In this document: piece after piece, positions 19,208 through 28,160 of the stretch
Numbering within the stretch: position 1 is the stretch's first letter
Layout of the letters: every line of letters begins with the position of its first letter
Assembly (NCBI GenBank): GCA_017853735.1
Contig: JAFMJA010000001.1
Coordinates: forward strand, 1 to 33,899
Reading direction: 5' to 3'
From: Burkholderiaceae bacterium
Lineage (GTDB): Bacteria; Pseudomonadota; Gammaproteobacteria; Burkholderiales; Burkholderiaceae_C
Length of the DNA: 33,899 nt
Translations under genes and position numbers: made by a program
Notes under the pieces: generated by a model
Database searches by the model: none
What the model was told of the DNA's origin: nothing
What the model saw: only the letters and a program-made list of their open reading frames with translations

Positions 19208-20317
19208 TCATCGCGCCTTGCCCTTGTTGACCTGTTGCTCCACCCACAGGCTGTAGCGTGACATGGCGTAGCAAAAGGCGAAGTAAATCAGGGCAATGAA
19301 AAAGTAGCCCTCAATCTTGTATGGGCGCCAGTCGGCGTCGGAATTCAGCCCCAGGCTGAGAGAGCCGGTGAGTTCATACAGACTCACAATCGTCACCAGT
19401 GAGGTGTCCTTGAAAATGGAGATGAAGTTATTCATCAGCCCAGGCACCACGGTCGCCAAGGCTTGCGGCAGCACGATCAGTCGCTGGGTCTGCCAGTACG
19501 ATAGCCCCAGGGAGGCCGCGGCTTCCACCTGACCCCGCGGGATGGCTTGCAGGCCTCCGCGGATCACTTCAGCCATATAGGCCGCGGCAAACAGCGTGAT
19601 GCCAGCTACCACCCGGACCAGGACATCGATATTGAGGCCAGGTGGCATAAACAGGGGAAACAGGAAAGAGGCCATGAACAAGACCGAAATCAAAGGCACA
19701 CCGCGCACCAGTTCCACATAGAGGGTGCACAGACTGCGAATGGCTGGCAGACCCGAGCGCCTGCCCAAAGCCACCGCCAGAGCCAGCGGAAAGGCCAGGG
19801 CGATCGAAAGGGTTGCCAGCAGGATGGTCAGGGGCAGGCCGCCCCAGCGGTCAGACTCCACTTTGCTCAGGCCAGCCAAATCACCGTACATCAAGGCAAA
19901 GAAACTGGCCAGCACCAACAGCCAGGCAAGAGCGAGTGCGGGCCGCCAGCAGGCACGGATGCAGCTGGCTACCAGCAGGGATACCATCAGCAGGGTGGCC
20001 ACCAGCGGGCGCCATTGTTCCTCGAAGGGATAGCGACCAAACAGGATGATGCGGTACTTTTCAGCGACCACACTCCAGCAGGCGCCGACGCCCTCAGCCC
20101 TGCAGTCGTCGGCATCGCTCAGCCAGCGTGCCCGCAGCACGGCCCAGTCCATCAATTGCGGTAAGTAATAAGCAAGAAGAGTACCTACCAGGAGGGTCGC
20201 CAGGCTGGTTTTCCAGTCGCTAAACAACTTGGAGCGCAGCCACCCTAATGGGCCAGCGCTTCGTGTCGGGGCGGGTCGTGCCAGTATGGGCTCGAAGATG
20301 CGGGCGCTCATGGTCAT
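19208..20317 (-). CDS. aapM: Amino acid ABC transporter permease (AapM/BztC-like)
   Basis: GRYPFEEQWR, WGGLPLT, ELVRGVPLI, AEVIRGGLQA, KDTSL. ATGA-coupled start at 20317, alternative 20311. Confidence 0.92.
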   Translation of the reverse strand: MTMSARIFEPILARPAPTRSAGPLGWLRSKLFSDWKTSLATLLVGTLLAYYLPQLMDWAVLRARWLSDADDCRAEGVGACWSVVAEKYRIILFGRYPFEEQWRPLVATLLMVSLLVASCIRACWRPALALAWLLVLASFFALMYGDLAGLSKVESDRWGGLPLTILLATLSIALAFPLALAVALGRRSGLPAIRSLCTLYVELVRGVPLISVLFMASFLFPLFMPPGLNIDVLVRVVAGITLFAAAYMAEVIRGGLQAIPRGQVEAAASLGLSYWQTQRLIVLPQALATVVPGLMNNFISIFKDTSLVTIVSLYELTGSLSLGLNSDADWRPYKIEGYFFIALIYFAFCYAMSRYSLWVEQQVNKGKAR

Positions 20318-21324
20318 CGCTCCAGAATCGCCGCCCTGGCGTTGTACCAGTTCATCAGCAAGGAGGTGCCCAGCGATGTACACAGGTAGATCAACATGAT
20401 GATCGAAATGCATTCGACCGCGCGGCCGCTCTGGTTGATCGAGGTATTGGCAATCGACACCACATCTGGATAGCCGATGGCCACCGCCAGGGAGGAGTTC
20501 TTGGTCAGGTTCAGGTACTGGTTGGTCATGGGTGGAATGATCACCCGCAAGGCCTGGGGCAACTGAATCAGGCGCATGGCCTGGGCGCGCGACAGACCCA
20601 ATGAGGCGGCAGCCTCGGTCTGACCACGCGGGACGGACTGAATACCAGCGCGCACCACCTCGGCCACAAAAGCGGCGGTGTAGATGGTCAATCCGATCAG
20701 AAGCGCCAAAAACTCTGGGGTGAGCGCACCGCCCTGTTCGACCGCAAATTCTCCTTGACGAGGCAGGTCCAGCACCCAACCACTGGCGCTGGCCACGGGT
20801 GCCGGAAAACTCAGTCCACCCTTGCTCAGGAAAACAGGTCCTAGCCAGGTGTCCACACGCCAGGCAGCATCGGCTGCTGGCAAAATTTCTGTGAACAACA
20901 GGTACCACATGAGCAATTGCAACAAGACCGGCACATTGCGGAAAAACTCCACATAAGCGCCGCACAAGCCGCTCAGCAGGGCATTGCGTGACAGCCGGCC
21001 TATCCCGATCAGCGTGCCGATCAGGGTGGTCAGAATGATGCCCAGTACCGCCACACGCAGGGTATTGGTCAGCCCAACCAGGAAAGCGCGCCAGTAGGGC
21101 TGTGAGGAATCGTAGTCCAGCAGGCCCTCGCCAATATCAAAACCAGCGGTTTGAAAAAGAAAGTCGAATCCGCTTTGAATGCCCCGTACCGCCATATTGC
21201 GGGCGGTATTGTGGGCAAGAAACCAGATGAGCAGACCGATCAGCGCCAGCAGCAGCAACTGGTAGATCAGGTTGCGCGCCGACCGGCTGCGCAAAGTCCA
21301 GCGCCGTTTGGGTGGTGTTCGCAT
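20314..21324 (-). CDS. aapQ: Amino acid ABC transporter permease (AapQ/BztB-like)
   Basis: SGFDFL..AGFDI, NTLRV, EFFRNVP, AEVVRAGI, KNSSLAVAIGYPD. Confidence 0.92.
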   Translation of the reverse strand: MRTPPKRRWTLRSRSARNLIYQLLLLALIGLLIWFLAHNTARNMAVRGIQSGFDFLFQTAGFDIGEGLLDYDSSQPYWRAFLVGLTNTLRVAVLGIILTTLIGTLIGIGRLSRNALLSGLCGAYVEFFRNVPVLLQLLMWYLLFTEILPAADAAWRVDTWLGPVFLSKGGLSFPAPVASASGWVLDLPRQGEFAVEQGGALTPEFLALLIGLTIYTAAFVAEVVRAGIQSVPRGQTEAAASLGLSRAQAMRLIQLPQALRVIIPPMTNQYLNLTKNSSLAVAIGYPDVVSIANTSINQSGRAVECISIIMLIYLCTSLGTSLLMNWYNARAAILER

Positions 21325-21371
21325 GGTGATGCTGCGGCACCCCGGCGCAGGCTATGGCCGGGTGCGAACAA

Positions 21372-22394
21372 TCAACGAATTGGGATCGGGTAAATCAGGC
21401 CACCCTTGTTCCACAGGTTGTTGGATCCACGAGGGAGTTGGATCGGGGTTTTGGGGCCCACATTGCGTTCGAAAATTTCGCCATAGTTACCGCTGGTCTT
21501 GATAGCACGGGCCAACCACTCCTTGTCCAGGCCTAGCAATTTGCCGGTATCCTCGCTCACCCCAAGCATGCGCTTGACCACAGGGTCATCGCTGCTTTTC
21601 ATCTGGTCCACATTAGCCTGGGTGACGCCGTATTCCTCGGCCTCCTGCAAGCCATAGACCACCCACTTGACAATGGCCAGCCATTCATCATCGCCACGAC
21701 GCACCATGGGGCCCAGGGGTTCCTTGGAGATCAGCTCTGGCAGGATGATATGGTCAGCCGGATTTTTAGCTTCCTTGTTGCGGGTCGAGGCCAAACCGGA
21801 GGCGTCGGTGGTGTAGGCCACACAACGTCCAGAAAAATAGGCGCCAGTGGCAGCTTCCAGTTTTTCAAACACGACAGGCTTGATATTGAGCTTGTTGGCA
21901 CGCGAGAAATCGGTCAGGTTTTTCTCGGTGGTGGTTCCTGCCTGGACGCAGACAGTCTGACCTTTGAGTTGCTTGGCGCTTTTGATCTTGCTCTTGACCG
22001 GCACAATAAAGCCCTGTCCGTCGTAGTAGGTGACGGCTGTCATATGCAGGCCCAGCGATGCATCGCGAGTCATCGTGAAAGTGGTGTTGCGCGACAGCAT
22101 GTCGATCTCGCCCGACTGCAGGGCGGTGAAGCGTTGTTGGGCATTGAGTGGCACATATTTCACTTTATCTCCGCTGCCAAGCATGGCAGCGGCCACAGCG
22201 CGGCAGGTGTCCACATCCATACCCGACCACTTGCCACTGGAGTCGGCTGCTGAAAAACCAGCCAGCCCGGTGTTTACGCCGCAGATGACCTGATCGCGCT
22301 GCTTGATGGCGTCGATGGTTTTGCCGGCCTGGGCGGGCAAGCTCAGCACAGCGGCGACAGACAGGGCGGTCAACGTTAAGTAATTGAATTTCAT
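21372..22394 (-). CDS. aapJ: General L-amino acid ABC transporter substrate-binding protein (AapJ/BztA-like)
   Basis: Signal peptide, QRFTALQSGEIDMLSRNTT, GTTTE, ISKEPLGP, GNYGEIFERN. RBS AGGAG before ATG 22394. Confidence 0.93.
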   Translation of the reverse strand: MKFNYLTLTALSVAAVLSLPAQAGKTIDAIKQRDQVICGVNTGLAGFSAADSSGKWSGMDVDTCRAVAAAMLGSGDKVKYVPLNAQQRFTALQSGEIDMLSRNTTFTMTRDASLGLHMTAVTYYDGQGFIVPVKSKIKSAKQLKGQTVCVQAGTTTEKNLTDFSRANKLNIKPVVFEKLEAATGAYFSGRCVAYTTDASGLASTRNKEAKNPADHIILPELISKEPLGPMVRRGDDEWLAIVKWVVYGLQEAEEYGVTQANVDQMKSSDDPVVKRMLGVSEDTGKLLGLDKEWLARAIKTSGNYGEIFERNVGPKTPIQLPRGSNNLWNKGGLIYPIPIR

Positions 22395-22675
22395 GGAAAG
22401 CTCCTGGGGGATTGATTTTGTAGGAGCAATGGTAACTTGCATGAAGCAGACTGTGGCGATAATCCCCTACGAAGCTTAAGAAAATCAGGGTTAACGCTGA
22501 GAAGCAGGATGGGGCTGCCCAGTGCCACCCCCGGTGTGCCGGATGCCAAGGCCAGTATTTGCCAGAAAAGGCAACAGAAGAGGAAACAGAAGAGGCAAAG
22601 GCTTCCCGGGCATGCAAGGACTCAAGGCACAATCAGCCTAGTTGGACGGTCCCTGTCCAAGCCCTTCTTTCGATC

Positions 22676-23677
22676 ATGCTTAAACTTTCTGTTCTTGACC
22701 AATCGGTGAGCGTGGCTGGCCGTGATCCAGCGATGGCGATTCAAGCCACCCTCGAACTCGCTGTTCGATGCGAGGCCTTGGGCTATCACCGTTTTTGGGT
22801 CAGCGAGCACCACAGCCATCCCACCATTGTGGGCAGTGCTCCCGAAATCCTGATGGCTGCTGTGGCCGCACGCACGCGCCGTATCCGCATCGGCAGTGCC
22901 GGGGTCATGTTGCCCCACTACTCGGCGCTGAAAGTGGCCGAACAGTTTCGTGTGCTGGAAGCCCTGGCTCCTGGTCGTATCGATCTTGGGGTTGGGCGTG
23001 CGCCGGGCAGTGATGGACGCACCGCGCAAGTGCTCAATCCGGATCTGCGCGCTTCGGAGCGGTTTCCAGTGCAGGTCCAGGAACTGCAGGCCTGGGTGAA
23101 CGGTCAGGACCTGCCCGCCGGGCATCCGGGTCACGGCATCTGGGCCTGCCCGGCCGGACCCAGTTCGCCGGATTTATGGATGCTGGGAAGTTCCGACTAT
23201 GGTGCGCAACTGGCAGCCCATCTTGGGCTGCCCTATGCCTTTGCCTGGTTCATCACGGAAGGTCAGGGTGCACCAGAGGCGCTGCAACTGTATCGGCAAC
23301 TCTACCGTCCGAGTGCCCTGCACCCTGAGCCCCAGGCGGTGCTGTGCGTATGGGCGCTCGCTGCCGATACCAGCGAGCAAGCCTGGTACCAGTTTGAAAG
23401 CCGGGCGCGCTGGCGGATCGACCGTAACATCGGCCGGCTCGGTCCATTGTTGCCGCCCGGTCTTGCCCAACGGGATTACAGCCCGGCTGAGCAGCAGCAT
23501 CTTGAAAAATTGCGTGCTCGTGCGTTGGTGGGCAGTGGTCCGGAAGTAGCGCAAAAGCTGCGCGATCTGGCTCAAACCTATGGCGTGGACGAACTGGTTT
23601 TGATCACCTGGGCCAGCGAACCCGAAGTGCAACGCCGCTCCTACGAAATCCTAGCGCGCGAATTTGCCCTGACCTGA
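22676..23677 (+). CDS. LLM class (luciferase-like) flavin-dependent oxidoreductase
   Basis: LSVLDQS, RFWVSEHH, IGSAGVMLPHYS, GRIDLGVGRAPG, WMLGSS. Confidence 0.92.
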   Translation: MLKLSVLDQSVSVAGRDPAMAIQATLELAVRCEALGYHRFWVSEHHSHPTIVGSAPEILMAAVAARTRRIRIGSAGVMLPHYSALKVAEQFRVLEALAPGRIDLGVGRAPGSDGRTAQVLNPDLRASERFPVQVQELQAWVNGQDLPAGHPGHGIWACPAGPSSPDLWMLGSSDYGAQLAAHLGLPYAFAWFITEGQGAPEALQLYRQLYRPSALHPEPQAVLCVWALAADTSEQAWYQFESRARWRIDRNIGRLGPLLPPGLAQRDYSPAEQQHLEKLRARALVGSGPEVAQKLRDLAQTYGVDELVLITWASEPEVQRRSYEILAREFALT

Positions 23678-23735
23678 GCACCACCTTAGACAATAGATTG
23701 CCTGACCGACAACCCAAAACATTCGAGGAAAGTAC

Positions 23736-24758
23736 ATGTTCGATACCACCATCGCCGGCAGCCTGCCCAAACCAGCCTGGCTGGCCGAAACCAACAAGCT
23801 GTGGCCTCAGTGGCAGGCACAGGGCGCAGCGCTGACCCAGGCCAAGAAGGATGCCACCCTCTTATGGATCAAGGAACAGGAAGACGCCGGCCTGGACATC
23901 ATCGGCGATGGCGAACAGTCGCGTCAGCATTTTGTGCATGGCTTTCTGGAGCAGGTCGAAGGCATCGATTTTGAGCACAAGGTCAAGATGGGTATCCGTG
24001 ATAACCGCTATGACGCCATGGTGCCCCAGGTGGTCGCCCCCTTGAGGCTCAAGGGCCGTGTGCACGCCTTGGAAGCGCAATTTTTGCGCGCTCATACCAA
24101 GAAAAAGATCAAGTTCACCCTGCCCGGACCCATGACGATTGTGGACACGGTAGCTGATCGCCACTATGGTGACAAGGTCAAGATGGCCATGGCATTTGCA
24201 GAACTGCTGAACCAGGAAGCCTTGGCCCTGCAGGCTGATGGCGTGGACATCATCCAGTTTGATGAGCCTGCTTTCAATGTCTATATGAAAGAGGCGGCCG
24301 ATTGGGGGGTGAAAGCCCTGGAGCGCGCTGCGCAGGGGTTGACCTGCACCACTGCGGTCCATATTTGCTATGGCTACGGCATCCAGGCCAATGTCGATTG
24401 GAAAAACAACCTTGGGCAGGAGTGGCGTCAATACGAACTGGTGTTTCCTGCGCTTGCCAAAAGCAGTATCCAGCAGGTGAGCCTGGAGTGCTACCACTCC
24501 CATGTGCCCCCAGACCTGATGAAACTGCTAGCTGACAAGGATGTGATGGTGGGTGTGATCGATGTTGCAAGCGATGAAGTGGAAACCGCTGAGCAGGTGG
24601 CCGACACCATCGGCAAGGCCTTGCAATTTGTGCCTAAAAATCGACTCTTTCCCTGCACCAACTGTGGCCTGGCCCCGATGGATCGCGATGTGGCATTAAA
24701 GAAGCTCAAAGCCCTGGCCCAGGGTGCTGCGCTGGCACGTCAGCGGTATGGAAGTTGA
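23736..24758 (+). CDS. Core (single-domain) cobalamin-independent methionine synthase, MesD-like
   Basis: AGSLPKP, DGEQSR, LPGPMT, QFDEP, HICYGY and TNCG Zn-ligand motifs. 340 aa with no folate-binding N-terminal domain. Confidence 0.85.
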   Translation: MFDTTIAGSLPKPAWLAETNKLWPQWQAQGAALTQAKKDATLLWIKEQEDAGLDIIGDGEQSRQHFVHGFLEQVEGIDFEHKVKMGIRDNRYDAMVPQVVAPLRLKGRVHALEAQFLRAHTKKKIKFTLPGPMTIVDTVADRHYGDKVKMAMAFAELLNQEALALQADGVDIIQFDEPAFNVYMKEAADWGVKALERAAQGLTCTTAVHICYGYGIQANVDWKNNLGQEWRQYELVFPALAKSSIQQVSLECYHSHVPPDLMKLLADKDVMVGVIDVASDEVETAEQVADTIGKALQFVPKNRLFPCTNCGLAPMDRDVALKKLKALAQGAALARQRYGS

Positions 24759-24785
24759 TGGCGATTAGGTGAAAACCCTGATCTG

Positions 24786-24794
24786 TGCCATAAT
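24786..24794 (+). promoter_or_regulatory. Candidate extended -10 promoter for the DEAD-box helicase
   Basis: TGcCATAAT just upstream of the structured leader. Confidence 0.45.
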
Positions 24795-24800
24795 CCACCC

Positions 24801-24986
24801 ATGCTGCCGGGTTTGAGCCCGGCGGTCATTTTTGTGCATCTCCCCTCTCACACCGGACTTTGAACCTTTGGGTTCGTGAATGGTCCCCGGTGCCGGTCCT
24901 CCCGGTGCAGGCTTTGTTGGATGGTTGATGTTTTTTAACCATTGAGCGAGGCCAACCGCAGATTCTGCGGACCCCCGTATTTAGGT
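24801..24986 (+). promoter_or_regulatory. Structured 5' leader of the DEAD-box helicase mRNA
   Basis: Five consecutive hairpins at 24804-24825, 24862-24875, 24890-24908, 24921-24942 and 24956-24970. Confidence 0.55.
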
Positions 24987-26696
24987 ATGACCATGAGCGA
25001 CGCATTTGATGCGGCGGGCGAATTGATGCCTGCCGAACCCATTTCAACCCCTGAAGCCATTGAGCTTGCTGAGACTTCGCCGCGCAACGGCTTTGTCGAA
25101 CTTGGCCTGGCCGCCGAACTGGTACAGGCAGTGGCCGATCTGGGTTACACCCAGCCCACGCCGGTGCAGACTCGCGCCATCCCCCTGGCCTTGCCTGCGG
25201 ATGACAGCGAGCACCACGGCTACAACGACCTGATGGTTTCCAGCCAGACTGGTAGCGGCAAGACTGCGGCATTTTTGTTGCCAGTCCTGCACACCCTGAT
25301 CCGTCAGCAGGCTGAAGCGGTTGCCAAAGAGCGCGCCGACTATGAACTGGCCTGTGCTGAGGCGTCAGCCAAAGGGGTGGCCCCACCCAAGCGCAGCAAG
25401 CGCAAGGACCCCACCAACCCTCGCAATTTCAAAGCGGCTATGCCTGGCGCGCTGGTGCTTTGCCCAACGCGAGAACTGGCGCAGCAGGTGGCCCATGATG
25501 CGATCGAGTTGGTCAAGCACACCCGTGGTTTGCGTATTGCCAATGTGGTGGGCGGCATGCCCTACCCTGTGCAGATTGCCAAGCTGCAGAATGCCAACCT
25601 GGTGGTGGCCACACCAGGACGCTTGCTGGATTTGCAACGTTCAATGCAAATCAAGCTGGATCAGGTTCAGTTTCTGGTGGTGGATGAGGCCGATCGCATG
25701 CTGGATCTGGGCTTCTCGGACGATCTGGCCGAGATCAACCAGCTCACCAGCCAACGCAAGCAGACCATGATGTTTTCCGCCACCTTTGCTCCCCGCATTC
25801 AACAGTTGGGAATGCGTGTGATGCATGACGGCGGATCGGGCGTCCACAAGCTTCAAATTGACAACCCGCAGCTGCAGCACAGCAATATCAAACAGGTGCT
25901 TTTTTGGGCTGACAACCCCCAGCACAAGCGGCAATTGCTCGACCACTGGCTGCGTGATGCCTCGATTGACCAGGCCATCGTGTTTGCCAGCACCCAGATC
26001 GAGTGTGACGGTCTGGCCAATGACCTCCAGCAGGAAGGTTTCTCGGCAGTGGCTCTGCACGGAGCCCTGAGCCAGGGGCTGCGCAACCGGCGCCTGATGG
26101 CTTTGCGCAATGGACAGGTGCAGGTTCTGGTGGCCACCGATGTGGCTGCGCGCGGCCTTGATGTGCCTACCATTACCCATGTGTTCAACTTCGGCCTGCC
26201 GATGAAGGCCGAGGACTATACCCATCGGATTGGTCGTACCGGCCGTGCGGGTCGTGATGGCCTGGCCGTCACCCTGGCTGAGTTTCGCGACCGACGCAAG
26301 ATTTTTGATATCGAAGCCTATACGCGCCACCCTTTCAAAGCCGAGGTGATTCCAGGGCTGGAGCCCAAGCAGCGTGCCGAGACACGGCCCCGCAAGGATT
26401 TTGCTGGGCGCAACGAGCGCCGCACACCCGGCCGTGGCGCTATGAGTGGCAGGAATAGCCATACTGGCGAATATGGGCAGTCGCGTTCATTTGGCGCTCG
26501 CGATGAACGCGGCCGAAACGAACGTGGTGATCGTCAGGACACCCCCCGTCAGGCCAAGCACTTCGACCCGCGCTTTGAGTCTCGCCAGGGCAGCAAGCCC
26601 GCGCGTCCGGCGGCTGCCGCGGGATTTGGGGCGGGTGCTGGCAAGACCTTCGCTCCACGTGGCACTGCGCGCCGACCCTCCCGGCCTGTTCGCTAA
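24987..26696 (+). CDS. DEAD-box ATP-dependent RNA helicase
   Basis: Q motif, QTGSGKT, PTRELA, TPGR, DEAD, SAT, ARGLD, HRIGRTGRAG; Arg/Gly-rich tail. Start 24987 or 24993. Confidence 0.95.
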   Translation: MTMSDAFDAAGELMPAEPISTPEAIELAETSPRNGFVELGLAAELVQAVADLGYTQPTPVQTRAIPLALPADDSEHHGYNDLMVSSQTGSGKTAAFLLPVLHTLIRQQAEAVAKERADYELACAEASAKGVAPPKRSKRKDPTNPRNFKAAMPGALVLCPTRELAQQVAHDAIELVKHTRGLRIANVVGGMPYPVQIAKLQNANLVVATPGRLLDLQRSMQIKLDQVQFLVVDEADRMLDLGFSDDLAEINQLTSQRKQTMMFSATFAPRIQQLGMRVMHDGGSGVHKLQIDNPQLQHSNIKQVLFWADNPQHKRQLLDHWLRDASIDQAIVFASTQIECDGLANDLQQEGFSAVALHGALSQGLRNRRLMALRNGQVQVLVATDVAARGLDVPTITHVFNFGLPMKAEDYTHRIGRTGRAGRDGLAVTLAEFRDRRKIFDIEAYTRHPFKAEVIPGLEPKQRAETRPRKDFAGRNERRTPGRGAMSGRNSHTGEYGQSRSFGARDERGRNERGDRQDTPRQAKHFDPRFESRQGSKPARPAAAAGFGAGAGKTFAPRGTARRPSRPVR

Positions 26697-26714
26697 AGCC
26701 GCGCACACCCTTTC

Positions 26715-26752
26715 AAAGCCCGATGCCTGAAAAGCCATCGGGCTTTCTACTT
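26715..26752 (+). terminator. Probable rho-independent terminator after the helicase
   Basis: AAAGCCCGATG (26715-26725) / CATCGGGCTTT (26736-26746), followed by a modest T-rich tail. Confidence 0.7.
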
Positions 26753-26757
26753 GGGCT

Positions 26758-26785
26758 TTGAGAGCGCATGGCCTTCCTCCATAAT
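26758..26785 (+). promoter_or_regulatory. Candidate sigma70 promoter for the Bug gene
   Basis: TTGAGA-16 nt-CATAAT, 34 nt before the ATG. Confidence 0.4.
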
Positions 26786-26819
26786 GCTCGACATAAACAC
26801 TTGAATATGGAGACTGGAA

Positions 26820-27794
26820 ATGACCATGAAACGCAATCTGGCGCGTCTTGCCCTGGTGTGCTGCACCCTGCTGGCCACAGGCAATGCACTGGCCCAAAGC
26901 TTTCCGAGCAAGCCGATGCGAATTGTCGTGACCTTCACCCCAGGAGGCGCGCCAGACATCATCGCCCGCATCCTGGCTGAGCGCTTCACAGCCAGTTGGG
27001 GCCAGCCGGCGGTCGTCGACAACAAGCCCGGCTCGGGCGGCAATATCGGAGCCGATTTTGTGGCCAAGGCAATGCCCGATGGCCACACCCTGGTGGTTGG
27101 CACGGTGGGCACCCATTCCATCAATGGTTCTCTCTACGCCAAGATGCCCTATGACATGGTGAAGGATTTCACGCCAGTCTCCCTGGTGGCCACCACCCCC
27201 AACCTGCTGGTGGTGCACAACGGTGTGCCGGCCAGAAACGTGCAGGAATTGATTGCTTTGGGCAAGAAGGGGGAGAAGATGAGTTTCGCCTCCTCGGGCT
27301 CGGGCACTTCCATTCATGTTTCAGGTGAATTGTTCAAGAGCATGACCGGTATCGACATGACGCACATACCCTATAAGGGGCGCGCCATTGCCATCCCCGA
27401 CCTGCTGGGCGGCCGGGTGACCATGATGTTTGACAACATGCCTTCGAGCCTGCCTTTGGTGCGCGAGGGCAAGCTGCGAGGACTGGCTGTGACCAGCGCC
27501 AAGCGTGCTGCGGCAGCGCCCGATATCCCGACCATTGCGGAGTCTGGCCTGCCAGGTTTCGAAGCAGTGTCCTGGTTTGCGGTATTTGCACCAGCAGGCA
27601 CCCCCAAGCCAGTGGTGGACAAGCTGCAGGCTGAGATCAGTCGTATTTTGAAGACCCCAGAAGTGGCCAAGAAACTGACCGATATTGGCCTGGAGCCTGT
27701 GGGCTCAAGTGCCGAAGAACTGGCCGCTTACCAAAGGGAAGAGATTGTCAAATGGGCCAAGGTGGTCAAGGATTCAGGTGCCAGGGCCGACTGA
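26820..27794 (+). CDS. Tripartite tricarboxylate transporter substrate-binding protein (Bug/TctC family)
   Basis: Signal peptide, TPGGAPD, DNKPGSGGNIG, PDGHTL, HIPYKG, PTIAESG. No tctAB nearby, as is usual for Bug genes. Confidence 0.94.
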   Translation: MTMKRNLARLALVCCTLLATGNALAQSFPSKPMRIVVTFTPGGAPDIIARILAERFTASWGQPAVVDNKPGSGGNIGADFVAKAMPDGHTLVVGTVGTHSINGSLYAKMPYDMVKDFTPVSLVATTPNLLVVHNGVPARNVQELIALGKKGEKMSFASSGSGTSIHVSGELFKSMTGIDMTHIPYKGRAIAIPDLLGGRVTMMFDNMPSSLPLVREGKLRGLAVTSAKRAAAAPDIPTIAESGLPGFEAVSWFAVFAPAGTPKPVVDKLQAEISRILKTPEVAKKLTDIGLEPVGSSAEELAAYQREEIVKWAKVVKDSGARAD

Positions 27795-27799
27795 TGACA

Positions 27800-28133
27800 G
27801 TTTGAGTCTTTTTTGCGTGCGCCAACCTGTCCTTCGATGGCGCTGGGGATCTCTGGTTCACCGCTCAGTTTGACTATGTGTGCAATGTGGCTATCGGTTC
27901 TGGAGCGACAGCAAGGGTCACATCTGGGTCAGCGAGTGGTACAGCGGCAACTTGTTCATGCCGGACCCTGCGGCCCAGAGCCTGCAGAGCTCTTTGACTT
28001 CCGTACACAAAAATTCCAAGCCTACCCAATGCCCAGGGACTCCGCCAATGTGCGCCAGATCCTGGTACGACCCGGTGAGGTCTGGCTGCCAGAAAGTGCC
28101 AACGAACATATCACGTTGATACGCACCCGCTGA
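27800..28133 (+). pseudogene. Decayed Vgb (virginiamycin B lyase-like beta-propeller) gene remnant
   Basis: Blade-like fragments in three frames: ANLSFDGAGDLWFTAQ (from 27821), WSDSKGHIWVSEWYSG (from 27901), and FQAYPMPRDSANVRQILVRPGEVWLPES...IRTR* (to 28133). No credible start. Confidence 0.7.
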
Positions 28134-28160
28134 ATCCGCTCGCCAGTGCGGAATTGCGCC

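Noticed and set aside
19208-20965. 585-aa ORF as a fused or extended permease
   Set aside because: The N-terminal part overlaps aapQ out of frame. The real start is the ATGA-coupled codon at 20317.
22550-22566. Possible sigma54 site (GG-N10-GC) on the minus strand upstream of aapJ
   Set aside because: Poor match at the -12 element (no TTGC); could be chance.
22573-22595. Direct repeat AACAGAAGAGG x2 in the aapJ/LLM intergenic region
   Set aside because: Two low-complexity copies with no spacers; not CRISPR-like and no function supportable.
23678-23735. Cobalamin or SAM riboswitch upstream of the methionine synthase
   Set aside because: Only 58 nt with no conserved boxes.
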